From NCBI RefSeq assembly GCF_000025945.1, contig NC_006138.1:240001-272000 (forward strand): a stretch of DNA of 32,000 nt. Direction: 5' to 3'. Numbering within the stretch: position 1 is the stretch's first letter; each line of letters starts with the position of its first letter. The translations under genes were made by a program, and so were the position numbers. Source of the DNA: Desulfotalea psychrophila LSv54 (GTDB lineage Bacteria > Desulfobacterota > Desulfobulbia > Desulfobulbales > Desulfocapsaceae). Below the pieces are notes generated by a model. The model had not been told where the DNA came from. It did no database searches and saw nothing but the letters and a program-made list of their open reading frames with translations. Shown in pieces: positions 8,241-15,937 of the stretch.

Positions 8241-9479
8241 TTATTCATCTGATTGAATTTTATTTAAAATTCCCAATTGTTGGCCCTGGCTTATTTTTAA
8301 GCCTGGAAAGACATTGGGTTCAAACAAAAGAATGACGAGAGAGCCTCCGTAAGCAAAATACCCCAGTCTTTGACCTTTTTTTACAATCTTAGCAGGAGAT
8401 TTTTTAGGAATGTCTGCAAATCCAGAAGCGAAATTAATCGAATTAACATCATCCAGCCCCACGGAAATCATACCCACAAGACCGTATTTCTCCGTTTGTA
8501 TTATATAATAGCCGCGATGGTATGTTCCAAAAACTCCAAACTTCGTTTTATTGCCGCCAAAATTACCGTTGTTAAAAAAGGAATCAACATCTCCAGCCAA
8601 ACCAAAAGAAGTTCCATCAACAGATCTCGACTCTATGACAGTCCCTCCCACAGGAGCATGATAACGATGGTAGACCGTGGGCAAGAGCACACAAGAAATA
8701 GCTGTGCCACCACTGAATGTATCGGCATACTTCGATCCGTCCAAAAGTTCTCTGACATTCAGATTCTCTGAATACTTGGTGCTGATTTTTGTTGTGGCGG
8801 AGAGGTTAAAATTGATGGCATTAACCACACTATCGGCAGGGGCCACAAGAATTGTATCATCTCCGAAAACAGGCCTCTTCTCCGCTTTGATTTTCCGTAT
8901 AAAAAATTGGTTAAATGAGGTAAAACCACCTTCAGGAATCACATAATCATTCCAATGGGAGCCCAAAAATTCTTTCCATTTCTGAATGATTTCTGGTTTG
9001 ACAGGACCATCCATCTTTTCCCCACGCGCTTTAGTAAAATCTCTTGTCCAGCTTAACCATGGTTCAGTCCTGACAAATTGGAGGGCGTAATTGTTGTTGT
9101 AGCATAAATCGTAAAACAGTTGATAATTGTCAAATCCGTCATTTTGCGGTGTCGGCGTAAAATTCAGCCAACCTTCAAAAAAATCAAGAAGATCATTAAC
9201 TGATTTACCATTCCAACAAAACGGTTTCCCCGTTACGGGTGATACAGAGCACTGCCCTGTGGCTGGGGTAATGGCAACGGCCAAAGCTTTGTCCAAAACT
9301 TCCGGATTTGCCTCATAGAGGACCAACAATTTTTGGACAACCGGCGAATACTTGGCTTCTGCAAATGCATCATTGTTAAAACTTGAAAAGCTGACTGTAA
9401 ACAACAAGAAAAATAAAATTCCGAACAGGGCCCTGTGCCCAAGGACAACCCTCTCTTTTTTTTTGAAAAGCATCTTCAT
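8241..9479 (-). CDS. secreted phosphatidylserine-decarboxylase-family (pyruvoyl-dependent) decarboxylase with an N-terminal accessory domain of about 170 aa
   Basis: PSD hallmarks are present: LLPTVYHRYHAPVGG (the DYHR.H.P motif) and the self-cleavage region GYFAYGGSLVILLFE (cf. F.LGST). N-terminal signal-like segment ALFGILFFLLFTVSFSSFNNDAFA. An alternative start ATG at 9473 has better spacing from GAGGAG. Confidence 0.75.
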   Translation of the reverse strand: MKMLFKKKERVVLGHRALFGILFFLLFTVSFSSFNNDAFAEAKYSPVVQKLLVLYEANPEVLDKALAVAITPATGQCSVSPVTGKPFCWNGKSVNDLLDFFEGWLNFTPTPQNDGFDNYQLFYDLCYNNNYALQFVRTEPWLSWTRDFTKARGEKMDGPVKPEIIQKWKEFLGSHWNDYVIPEGGFTSFNQFFIRKIKAEKRPVFGDDTILVAPADSVVNAINFNLSATTKISTKYSENLNVRELLDGSKYADTFSGGTAISCVLLPTVYHRYHAPVGGTVIESRSVDGTSFGLAGDVDSFFNNGNFGGNKTKFGVFGTYHRGYYIIQTEKYGLVGMISVGLDDVNSINFASGFADIPKKSPAKIVKKGQRLGYFAYGGSLVILLFEPNVFPGLKISQGQQLGILNKIQSDE

Positions 9480-10351
9480 CTCCTCTTAGCATGCCACCGT
9501 CATTACACGCGTTTTAAAATTTTTTATGCTAATTAGCCCAACTACTTATCCATATCACCGGCTTACCCTTGTCCATTTTGGTTGTTAAATATCTCTTCCA
9601 GTCTTCTATATCGCTCTTTTTCATCCCGTAAAATGAAACCTCAAAAGCAGAGCGTTTTCAACTTTTTATCGTGACCAGACCCTCTTTTTCATATTTGCAA
9701 GAGCGGCAGTCTCTCAATAACCGTTAGAAAAATATCCCCGCCCGAAAGTTTCTGAAGAAAATATATTGCCTAGTCAAGCAAGATTTTCGCCTACCTTCCT
9801 TATAAAATTCTGGCCAATTTGCGCTTTTTTCCATACACTTTCCCATACATAATTAAATATTTTCTGTGAGTTACAAGACCCACCAATGGTGGGTCTAGAC
9901 CACAAGAGCCATAAATTGATCTATAAGAATAGGAAGTTTTGAATCATGTAGAGTCATCTCTAGATAAAAAACTGTATCATGGATAAAAAAACGTTGTCAA
10001 ACGTATGTTCAACTTAAACATAAGACCAGGGAAGAGAATAAGTATTTACTATTAAATTTAAGCACTTACTCTACTCACAGCAGAATAAAGACCTCTGACC
10101 ACGACCATTAAGTTATTATAAAGCCAACCACTTACATAGTGGATGATTTTTTTCCAGGCAAGCGGCCCGGCAGCCAGCTACTAAAGAGTAGCAGAATCCC
10201 ACAGCGCAAAAATATGATTTTTGCAGAAAAACGGGGCAAATTTATTGAAATCATGTTCATTGAATAAGTGTATGAGATACCCAATTGATAGCGTCTTCAG
10301 CGGGATGCCAGTCGGCATTTAACGTGAATATAGGAGTTAACAGAGAGAAAA

Positions 10352-11182
10352 ATGGTACAGATAGGCAAAATAAATAAGCTTAGGATAAAAGAAATAGAGT
10401 CAGGTGCTATTCAACTTGATGGTGGTGAGTCAGGGAATATCCTCCTAAAAGGCAATCGTGCTGCCCAAAAACATTGTCTAGGTGACGATATTGACGTCTT
10501 TGTTTATTTAGACAAAGAACAGTGCCTGGTAGCAACTACACAAAAGCCATATGCAATAGTCGGTGAATTTGCCAAGTTGACGGTGGTGGCTACGACAAAG
10601 GCAGGTGCCTACTTGAGCTGGGGGCTTGCAGACGACCTGTTCGTACCCAAAAGTGAACAGCAGGGCAATATGCTGGAAGGTGAAGTGTATGTTGTCTTTC
10701 TATTGCTGAGTGAAAAAAACAACCGGATTATAGCCTCTTCAAAGCTGGATAAATATCTTAACAAAGAGCCTCATGAATATGTAGAGAGAGAAGAGGTTGA
10801 ACTTCTCATCTATGCCAAGTCAGAGCTAGGATATAGTGCGATTGTCAATAATTCTCATATAGGTATGATCTACGAGAACGAAGTCTTTCGAAAGCTTGTC
10901 ATAGGGCAGCAGCTGAAGGGTTATATTAAAAAAATACGTGATGATTTTAAAATCGACTTACGACTTCAGCAAACAGGTTATCGTGGAATGGATGATGTTT
11001 CCCAGAACATCTTAAACAAGATAAAGTACTGCGGGGGAATGGTTACTGTTACCGATAAGAGCCTGCCCGAAGACATCTATGACCTATTTGGGGTAAGCAA
11101 AAAGGTTTTTAAAAAAGCAATAGGTTCCCTCTATAAACAGAAGCTTATCATACTGGACAGTGATGGTATTAAACTGAGCTAA
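10352..11182 (+). CDS. S1 domain RNA-binding protein, CvfB/YitL family
   Basis: 276 aa with tandem S1-like segments (GEFAKLTVVATTKAGAYLSWGLADDLFVPKSEQ; GYSAIVNNSHIGMIYENEV) and a C-terminal winged-helix-like tail (VSKKVFKKAIGSLYKQKLI). The architecture matches CvfB/YitL. Confidence 0.7.
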   Translation: MVQIGKINKLRIKEIESGAIQLDGGESGNILLKGNRAAQKHCLGDDIDVFVYLDKEQCLVATTQKPYAIVGEFAKLTVVATTKAGAYLSWGLADDLFVPKSEQQGNMLEGEVYVVFLLLSEKNNRIIASSKLDKYLNKEPHEYVEREEVELLIYAKSELGYSAIVNNSHIGMIYENEVFRKLVIGQQLKGYIKKIRDDFKIDLRLQQTGYRGMDDVSQNILNKIKYCGGMVTVTDKSLPEDIYDLFGVSKKVFKKAIGSLYKQKLIILDSDGIKLS

Positions 11183-11540
11183 AGCAGAAACTACAGCTGT
11201 CAGCTAGAAAAAAATACAACTGCAAAAGAAGTTAACCACAGAGGGTGGGAGAGCACAGAGATTTTTTAGATAAAGGACGAAAAGAGAGAAGCGAGATTCT
11301 AGATACTAGATACTAGAAAAAGCCAAAGATATTAAATAGCTGCTAGATACCGCTATCAGGGAAAGTTCCACCCTCCTTTGCCGCCTGACGCCACTCGCTA
11401 GCGCTCGCTGCTTCGCTACGCTTGCTGCCGCCACGTCGCTACGCTTGCTGCTGCTAGTTCAATAATCCACAAAAAATCCTCTGTGTGCTCTGTGCTCTCT
11501 GTGGTTTTTTCGGCACTTCGCTACCGCTCCTCGTCGCAAC
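11183..11540. repeat. mosaic of dispersed intergenic sequence modules, forward set followed by an inverted set
   Basis: Forward set: agctgtcagctagaaaaa, ttaaccacagagggtgggagagcacagagattttttagataaaggacgaaaag, ctagatactagatactagaaaaag. Inverted set: gctacgcttgctgc twice, tcctctgtgtgctctgtgctctctgtggtt. Confidence 0.7.
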
Positions 11541-11648
11541 TCACCTTGCCCATGCAACAGTGGAAAAAAATTCAAGCACTGTTGTGCCCTTCAATAATGT
11601 CTCTTCTGACCAGCAATGGTTGGACTTTTTTTCTATTATAAAGAGACT

Positions 11649-11795
11649 CAGTGAGCAGTGAGCAGTGAGCAGTGAGCAGTGAGCAGTGAACAGTACACAG
11701 TGAACAGTGAACAGTGAACAGTGAACAGTGAACAGTGAACAGTGAACAGTGAACAGTGAACAGTGAACAGTGAACAGTGAACAGTGAACAGTGAG
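11649..11795. repeat. perfect-period heptanucleotide tandem array, 21 units: (CAGTGAG)5 CAGTGAA CAGTACA (CAGTGAA)13 CAGTGAG
   Basis: Counted directly: 147 bp, ending 32 nt upstream of the ATG at 11828. It generates the spurious ORF 11541-11825 (the FTVHCSL reiteration). Confidence 0.95.
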
Positions 11796-11827
11796 CGTAA
11801 ATAAAGTTAATCTTGAAGGGAACAAAT

Positions 11828-12295
11828 ATGGCTAGAGTGAAGGAAATAAAAAAAGATTACGGCTTTTTTGGTATTGGCATACTGAATAATGTTAACGAAT
11901 TAAATATTGGTACCCTGTGGCGATCTGCATATATCTTGGGCGCGAGCTTCATTTTCACCATTGATAAAAAATATAAAACACAGAGTAGCGACATTACCTC
12001 GGCCTGGACAAAGATTCCACTGTACCACTATAAAACATTTGCTGAGTTCAAAGATAATTTACCCTTTGCCACAAAAATCGTTGGGGTAGAGATGGGGGAG
12101 AGCTCCATTGCCATAGGAGATTTTTCCCATCCAGATATGGCGGTATATCTTTTGGGCAATGAACAGCGCGGATTGAGCAAAAAAATTACCGACCAGTGCC
12201 ACTCTCTTATACAATTACCTGGAGAATTTTCCCTGAATGTTGCGGTGGCGGGAAGTATTGTCATGTATGATCGGCTCAACAAAGAGGTTAGATAG
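11828..12295 (+). CDS. SpoU/TrmH-family RNA 2-prime-O-methyltransferase (SPOUT), minimal single-domain form
   Basis: SPOUT motifs VGVEMGE, LLGNEQRGLS and IPGEFSLNVAVAGSIVMYD-like. The ATG at 11828 is preceded by GAAGGGA. The listed ORF begins at TTG 11813. Confidence 0.8.
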   Translation: MARVKEIKKDYGFFGIGILNNVNELNIGTLWRSAYILGASFIFTIDKKYKTQSSDITSAWTKIPLYHYKTFAEFKDNLPFATKIVGVEMGESSIAIGDFSHPDMAVYLLGNEQRGLSKKITDQCHSLIQLPGEFSLNVAVAGSIVMYDRLNKEVR

Positions 12296-12351
12296 CTGTC
12301 AGCTCTCAGCTCTCAGCTCTCAGCTGTCAGCTGTCAGCTGTCAGCTGTCAG
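12294..12351. repeat. heptanucleotide tandem array, 8 units: AGCTGTC (AGCTCTC)3 (AGCTGTC)4 + AG
   Basis: Counted directly. It begins inside the TAG stop codon (12293-12295) of the SpoU gene. Confidence 0.95.
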
Positions 12352-12700
12352 AAACAGCAAATTAACCACAGAGGATGGGAGGTCACAGAGATTTTTTTAG
12401 GTAAAGGACGAAAAAACAGATACTAGATGCTAGAAAACACCAACAGATATTAGCTCTAAGTGTACAACAGTAGCCTTGCAAACCCTCAGCTTTTTCAAGG
12501 AGAAGATAAGGAGGGGGATATCCTGCCCTATGCAAACCTTAGCGAAAAGTAAAAGGTCAATCTGTTCCCATATTTTTTTGTGATTCGCGCTTTTTCTCGC
12601 ATCTCGTATCTCGTATCTATCTCTTCTTTTTAATTCATTGCCTCTGTGTGCTCTGTGCTCTCCGTGCTCTCTGTGACCCCAGTGGTTCCGCTCTATTTCA
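12352..12700. repeat. mosaic of dispersed intergenic sequence modules, forward then inverted
   Basis: Forward: ttaaccacagaggatgggaggtcacagagatttttttaggtaaaggacgaaaaaacagatactagatgctagaaaac. Then tcaatctgttcccatatttttttgtgattcgcg. Inverted: ctcgcatctcgtatctcgtatc and cctctgtgtgctctgtgctctccgtgctctctgtg. Confidence 0.7.
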
Positions 12701-13288
12701 TTAGTTACAGAACTGCTCTTCACAGGGAATGCCATCCCCATCACCATCCAATTTTACGTCTGGACAATTGCTCAGATAAAACTGAGCCTCCTGACAGGAG
12801 GTCATCTCTGGACAATGTATTTTACCTGCACAGCTATAGTTTAACGAGAGTTGCTCTCTCTGCACAAAAGTCTCGTCGATACCTCCAAGCGGTATCCCTG
12901 TTACCGTCTGATCAGCACTAGCCTGCAATCGATTATAAAAGAGACTAGCAAAGCCGATAAGCAGCGCCAGGCAGATAACAAAAATCCTCCAACTATTTTT
13001 TGTTTCCTGCTTTTTGTAGGGCCTCTGCCCTGTCGGTTGCGAACGCTCTCTTCTCTTTCGCAATGGCAGACCTTTGATTATTGCATCAACGGCCTTGGTC
13101 TTGCCATTATGATCAGTACGAAGACAATAAGAGATGGTGTCTCCCACCCTGGGCGCTCTGGAGATGGCTCTGTCAAAAGCTGAAATATGGACAAAAATAC
13201 TCTTAGCACTCTTTTCTGACTTGATGAAGCCAAAGCCTCTTTCACCAACCCATTTTTCAATTTTTCCTTGTAGGCGAACTGTTGCCAC
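12701..13288 (-). CDS. cold-shock domain - TM helix - Excalibur (Ca-binding) domain protein
   Basis: N-terminal CSD (GKIEKWVGERGFGFIKS...IFVHISAF). Central hydrophobic helix WRIFVICLALLIGFASLFY. C-terminal Excalibur signature CPDVKLDGDGDGIPCEEQFC. GTG start with AAGGA 6 nt upstream. Confidence 0.8.
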   Translation of the reverse strand: MATVRLQGKIEKWVGERGFGFIKSEKSAKSIFVHISAFDRAISRAPRVGDTISYCLRTDHNGKTKAVDAIIKGLPLRKRRERSQPTGQRPYKKQETKNSWRIFVICLALLIGFASLFYNRLQASADQTVTGIPLGGIDETFVQREQLSLNYSCAGKIHCPEMTSCQEAQFYLSNCPDVKLDGDGDGIPCEEQFCN

Positions 13289-13317
13289 TGTTTATCCTTT
13301 TTTGAGATGAAGATATT

Positions 13318-13390
13318 AGATGCTAGATGCTAGATGCTAGATGCTAGATGCTAGATGCTAGATGCTAGATGCTAGATGCTAGATGCTAGA
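13318..13390. repeat. heptanucleotide tandem array (AGATGCT)10 + AGA
   Basis: Counted directly. It lies 30 nt upstream of the GTG start (13288, minus strand) of the CSD-Excalibur gene. Degenerate units gagatga/agatatt sit on the proximal side. Confidence 0.95.
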
Positions 13391-13781
13391 AAAACAAAAT
13401 ACATTAACCACAGAGGGCACAGAGATTTTTTAGATTAAAGGCTAAAAGAAGTGATGATGCAATTATCATATTCCCATAGCACCTTCATCGACATAGGTTA
13501 TCACGCCTTGTTGTTTCAGTACCCACTCCGACCAATTTTTAATCTTTACTCTGCTGTCCCCCATGCATCCTTCAGTATTTTCTGTTTGTTACAGATGGTC
13601 AAGCTGGGTAAGTTATTTGTTCAACAAGGACCTTTTGAGCTAAATTATTAATACGCCAATAAAGCCGATATTGCTGTTATTGAGATGGGCGTTTTGCCCT
13701 CTCTCTTTTTTGATTGGATGGAGGGGGGAATGCCCTCCCAACCCGCTTGAAAGTGGGCTGACCGACCCTACCATTACCTGC

Positions 13782-14068
13782 TTATGGAGATAGAGGCATG
13801 GGCCTGTATTCTTCCATAGCCTTTTCATCTGCTATTACCGGAAAAACAAGTTCCCCTTCTCCAGCCTCTGCGGTAATTTTCCTATATGGTTTTGGTTCAA
13901 AATAATCACGGCCTTTACGGCCAACGACTAACATAGCAGAAAGGGCATCAATCGCCATGCGCTGGGTCTCTTCTATGCTTTCACCACAGGTTAACGCCCC
14001 TGGTACATCCGGAATGCGCACAGACCATCCGCCACTATTCGGGTAAAAATTGCGTGATAGATATCCAT
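13782..14068 (-). pseudogene. hicB: HicB-family antitoxin (UPF0150-like), frameshifted after codon 8
   Basis: GGAGGA-tcaa-ATG at 14068 opens MDIYHAIF. The conserved continuation YPNSGGWSVRIPDVPGALTCGESIEETQRMAIDAL... is in the -1 frame. The switch maps to the T5 run (plus-strand A5 at 14045-14049); adding one T restores MDIYHAIFYPNSGGWSVRIPDVPG. Confidence 0.65.
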
Positions 14069-14219
14069 TTGATCCTCCTATATAACCAACTCAGGCCCCG
14101 TTCGGGCGATAATTATTTTAAATTTTGGTTCCCATGCCCAGCACAGCCATCGTTGCTCACAGGACACAGCTTTTTATGCTCCCATGCAGAAAATTGTTAT
14201 GAAAAATTCGATATTTTCA

Positions 14220-14891
14220 TTATTTCGAATATTTTTTTATCACATACTTCGCTAAATATTTTGTGTCGTTCTTAGTTCCAGAGTAGCCGAATGACATTGC
14301 AATAGTAATTACTGAAGCATTTTCAATTAACCCTCTACACTTTTGAAAAAAGAGATCTCGTTTTTCTTGAGACCAAAGCTCTGATTCTAAGTACATACCA
14401 GAGTCATTAAAAACATCAATATCTAAATCAAAAGCATATTGTTTTGATTTTTTTACAGCACACATATTTTCGATTTCCTGATGGATGTATTGCTTTGCAT
14501 TGTAAGTTTTTAAAAAGTCAGGTGAAAAAGCTATTTCAGTTCCTTTTTGTCTACAATAAAAGTGAACCTCATCAAAGATCCTCTTAATTATTGCAGGAGC
14601 TATAAAACCATCTTTTGAAATATAGTCTTCACTTACCAAGCTAAATAAAGCGGTTAATTCAGCTTGAGATATGTCAGACAATGCTTTCTCACATTGAAAA
14701 TCATTTATAGCATCCCAATGATAATCAATATGATACAAGCTTAATGGTAAGCTGGTTTTCACTCGATCGATATAGCTAATCCATGCCCAAAAAGCCCATT
14801 TGTGATCATCCATGAGCCAAACATTTGGATATATTTCTTTGCAGAAATCATCACTGTTAACAATGTAATCATCAAATGTTTTCATAGACAT
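14220..14891 (-). CDS. hypothetical protein, possibly UPF0489-like (arginase/deacetylase-fold metal-dependent hydrolase)
   Basis: The ATG at 14891 is preceded by GAGGA; the listed ORF extends to 14963. Motifs WLMDDHKWAFWAW and LYHIDYHWDAI resemble the DHH...H.D.H.D pattern of UPF0489. The family assignment is from memory only. Confidence 0.5.
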   Translation of the reverse strand: MSMKTFDDYIVNSDDFCKEIYPNVWLMDDHKWAFWAWISYIDRVKTSLPLSLYHIDYHWDAINDFQCEKALSDISQAELTALFSLVSEDYISKDGFIAPAIIKRIFDEVHFYCRQKGTEIAFSPDFLKTYNAKQYIHQEIENMCAVKKSKQYAFDLDIDVFNDSGMYLESELWSQEKRDLFFQKCRGLIENASVITIAMSFGYSGTKNDTKYLAKYVIKKYSK

Positions 14892-15005
14892 AGTGTCCTC
14901 ATATACATAGCGCCTGCAATAAAGTGTGCGCCCACTGGATATTCGAAACCAATTACATTCCATACCCTAAATTCCCAGTGTTACAGCATCACATTGATGA
15001 CTTTG

Positions 15006-15833
15006 TTAGAATCTATCAAGTAGTGAGATATTTTGAGATAGAGCTGGTGATTTCTTTGGTAAAGTTAAAAGAATATGACTAATTTGTTCAGAAAAGTATC
15101 TAATTAAACAATTTTCATTTCCACAGTTAATGCGAATTACAAACTGTAAGCACTCATCGGATTTACTAATGCTTGACAAGAAGTTAACACCTATATAGCC
15201 ACCGCTAAAGTCCACAACACGAAATCTGAACATTTTAGATATAGCATCTAAATTTAAGTTGTTACTTAGCCTCTCATGACTAACAACAAATGTCATGAGG
15301 TTTTTCTCTAAGCTGTACTGATATTTCATTCTGTGCCGACTCTTAATGAGAATAGACACTACCCTCATAATGTCTTTCAAATTACTACCCGCATCGTTCA
15401 TTGTATTGCTAAGATTTTTTTGTTTTCCGGTATACTTAGACAAGACATTATCTCTTTTCCCATTCATACTCTTATGACCTTGCCGTAACGCTTTAACCCC
15501 TTTTTTCAACACACCTTCATTATAAGAATGCTCTATATACAATTCAATATGTTTAATTGCATAATCTAAAGAATCCAATGAAAACATTTCTGTCTTACCG
15601 TCACCAACAGAATAATCTAGCGAATAACTTGAAAGGATTAGATGCAATGATTTTTCAAGAGTAAAAACATCATCGATACAAATCTCTAAGGAATAGGATT
15701 CTTCGTAGTCGGGCTCCCCCCACCATTTCTTCAAACTTATCATTCGACTAGAAATATCATTTGCTTTTCCAATTTTAATTGCTCTGTTTTTTTGAAAAAC
15801 CAAGATATATAAATTCGTTTTTTTCATATCCAT
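15006..15833 (-). CDS. T5orf172 / MUG113 (GIY-YIG-like) domain protein with unknown C-terminal region of about 170 aa
   Basis: N-terminal LYILVFQKNRAIKIGKANDISSRMISLKKWWG ... LEKSLHLILS ... GKTEMFSL matches the T5orf172 pattern (hydrophobic strand, KIG, R..L, E..lH, EWF-like). Confidence 0.6.
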   Translation of the reverse strand: MDMKKTNLYILVFQKNRAIKIGKANDISSRMISLKKWWGEPDYEESYSLEICIDDVFTLEKSLHLILSSYSLDYSVGDGKTEMFSLDSLDYAIKHIELYIEHSYNEGVLKKGVKALRQGHKSMNGKRDNVLSKYTGKQKNLSNTMNDAGSNLKDIMRVVSILIKSRHRMKYQYSLEKNLMTFVVSHERLSNNLNLDAISKMFRFRVVDFSGGYIGVNFLSSISKSDECLQFVIRINCGNENCLIRYFSEQISHILLTLPKKSPALSQNISLLDRF

Positions 15834-15937
15834 ACCATTTGATTATAACGCCTATAACAAGGTGGGTGAACGCTGAACCTACCAAACCAAGAATGCCGAG
15901 TATAACGCGTCACCTTAATTGCCTTATTACACCTTTC

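Noticed and set aside
11541-11825. 94-aa minus-strand ORF with reiterated FTVHCSL peptide
   Set aside because: It is simply the translation of the heptamer tandem array (three units make 21 nt, or 7 aa). There is no RBS or start context, and it overlaps the upstream region of the SpoU gene.
12430-12921. ORFs 12430-12747 (minus) and 12646-12921 (plus)
   Set aside because: The first is built from inverted module copies (the HREHGEHRAH peptide comes from ctctgtg repeats). The second is antisense to the well-supported CSD-Excalibur gene.
11649-13390. The tandem arrays considered as a CRISPR array
   Set aside because: The units are 7 nt and directly abutting, with no spacers. No cas genes or leader are present. 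They are microsatellite-type repeats.
13451-13828. ORFs 13451-13651 (plus) and 13640-13828 (minus), examined as a possible hicA partner
   Set aside because: Neither resembles HicA (no GSH...G...P.H pattern). The minus-strand ORF overlaps a repeat module and the hicB 3-prime end. Only broken short frames are present.
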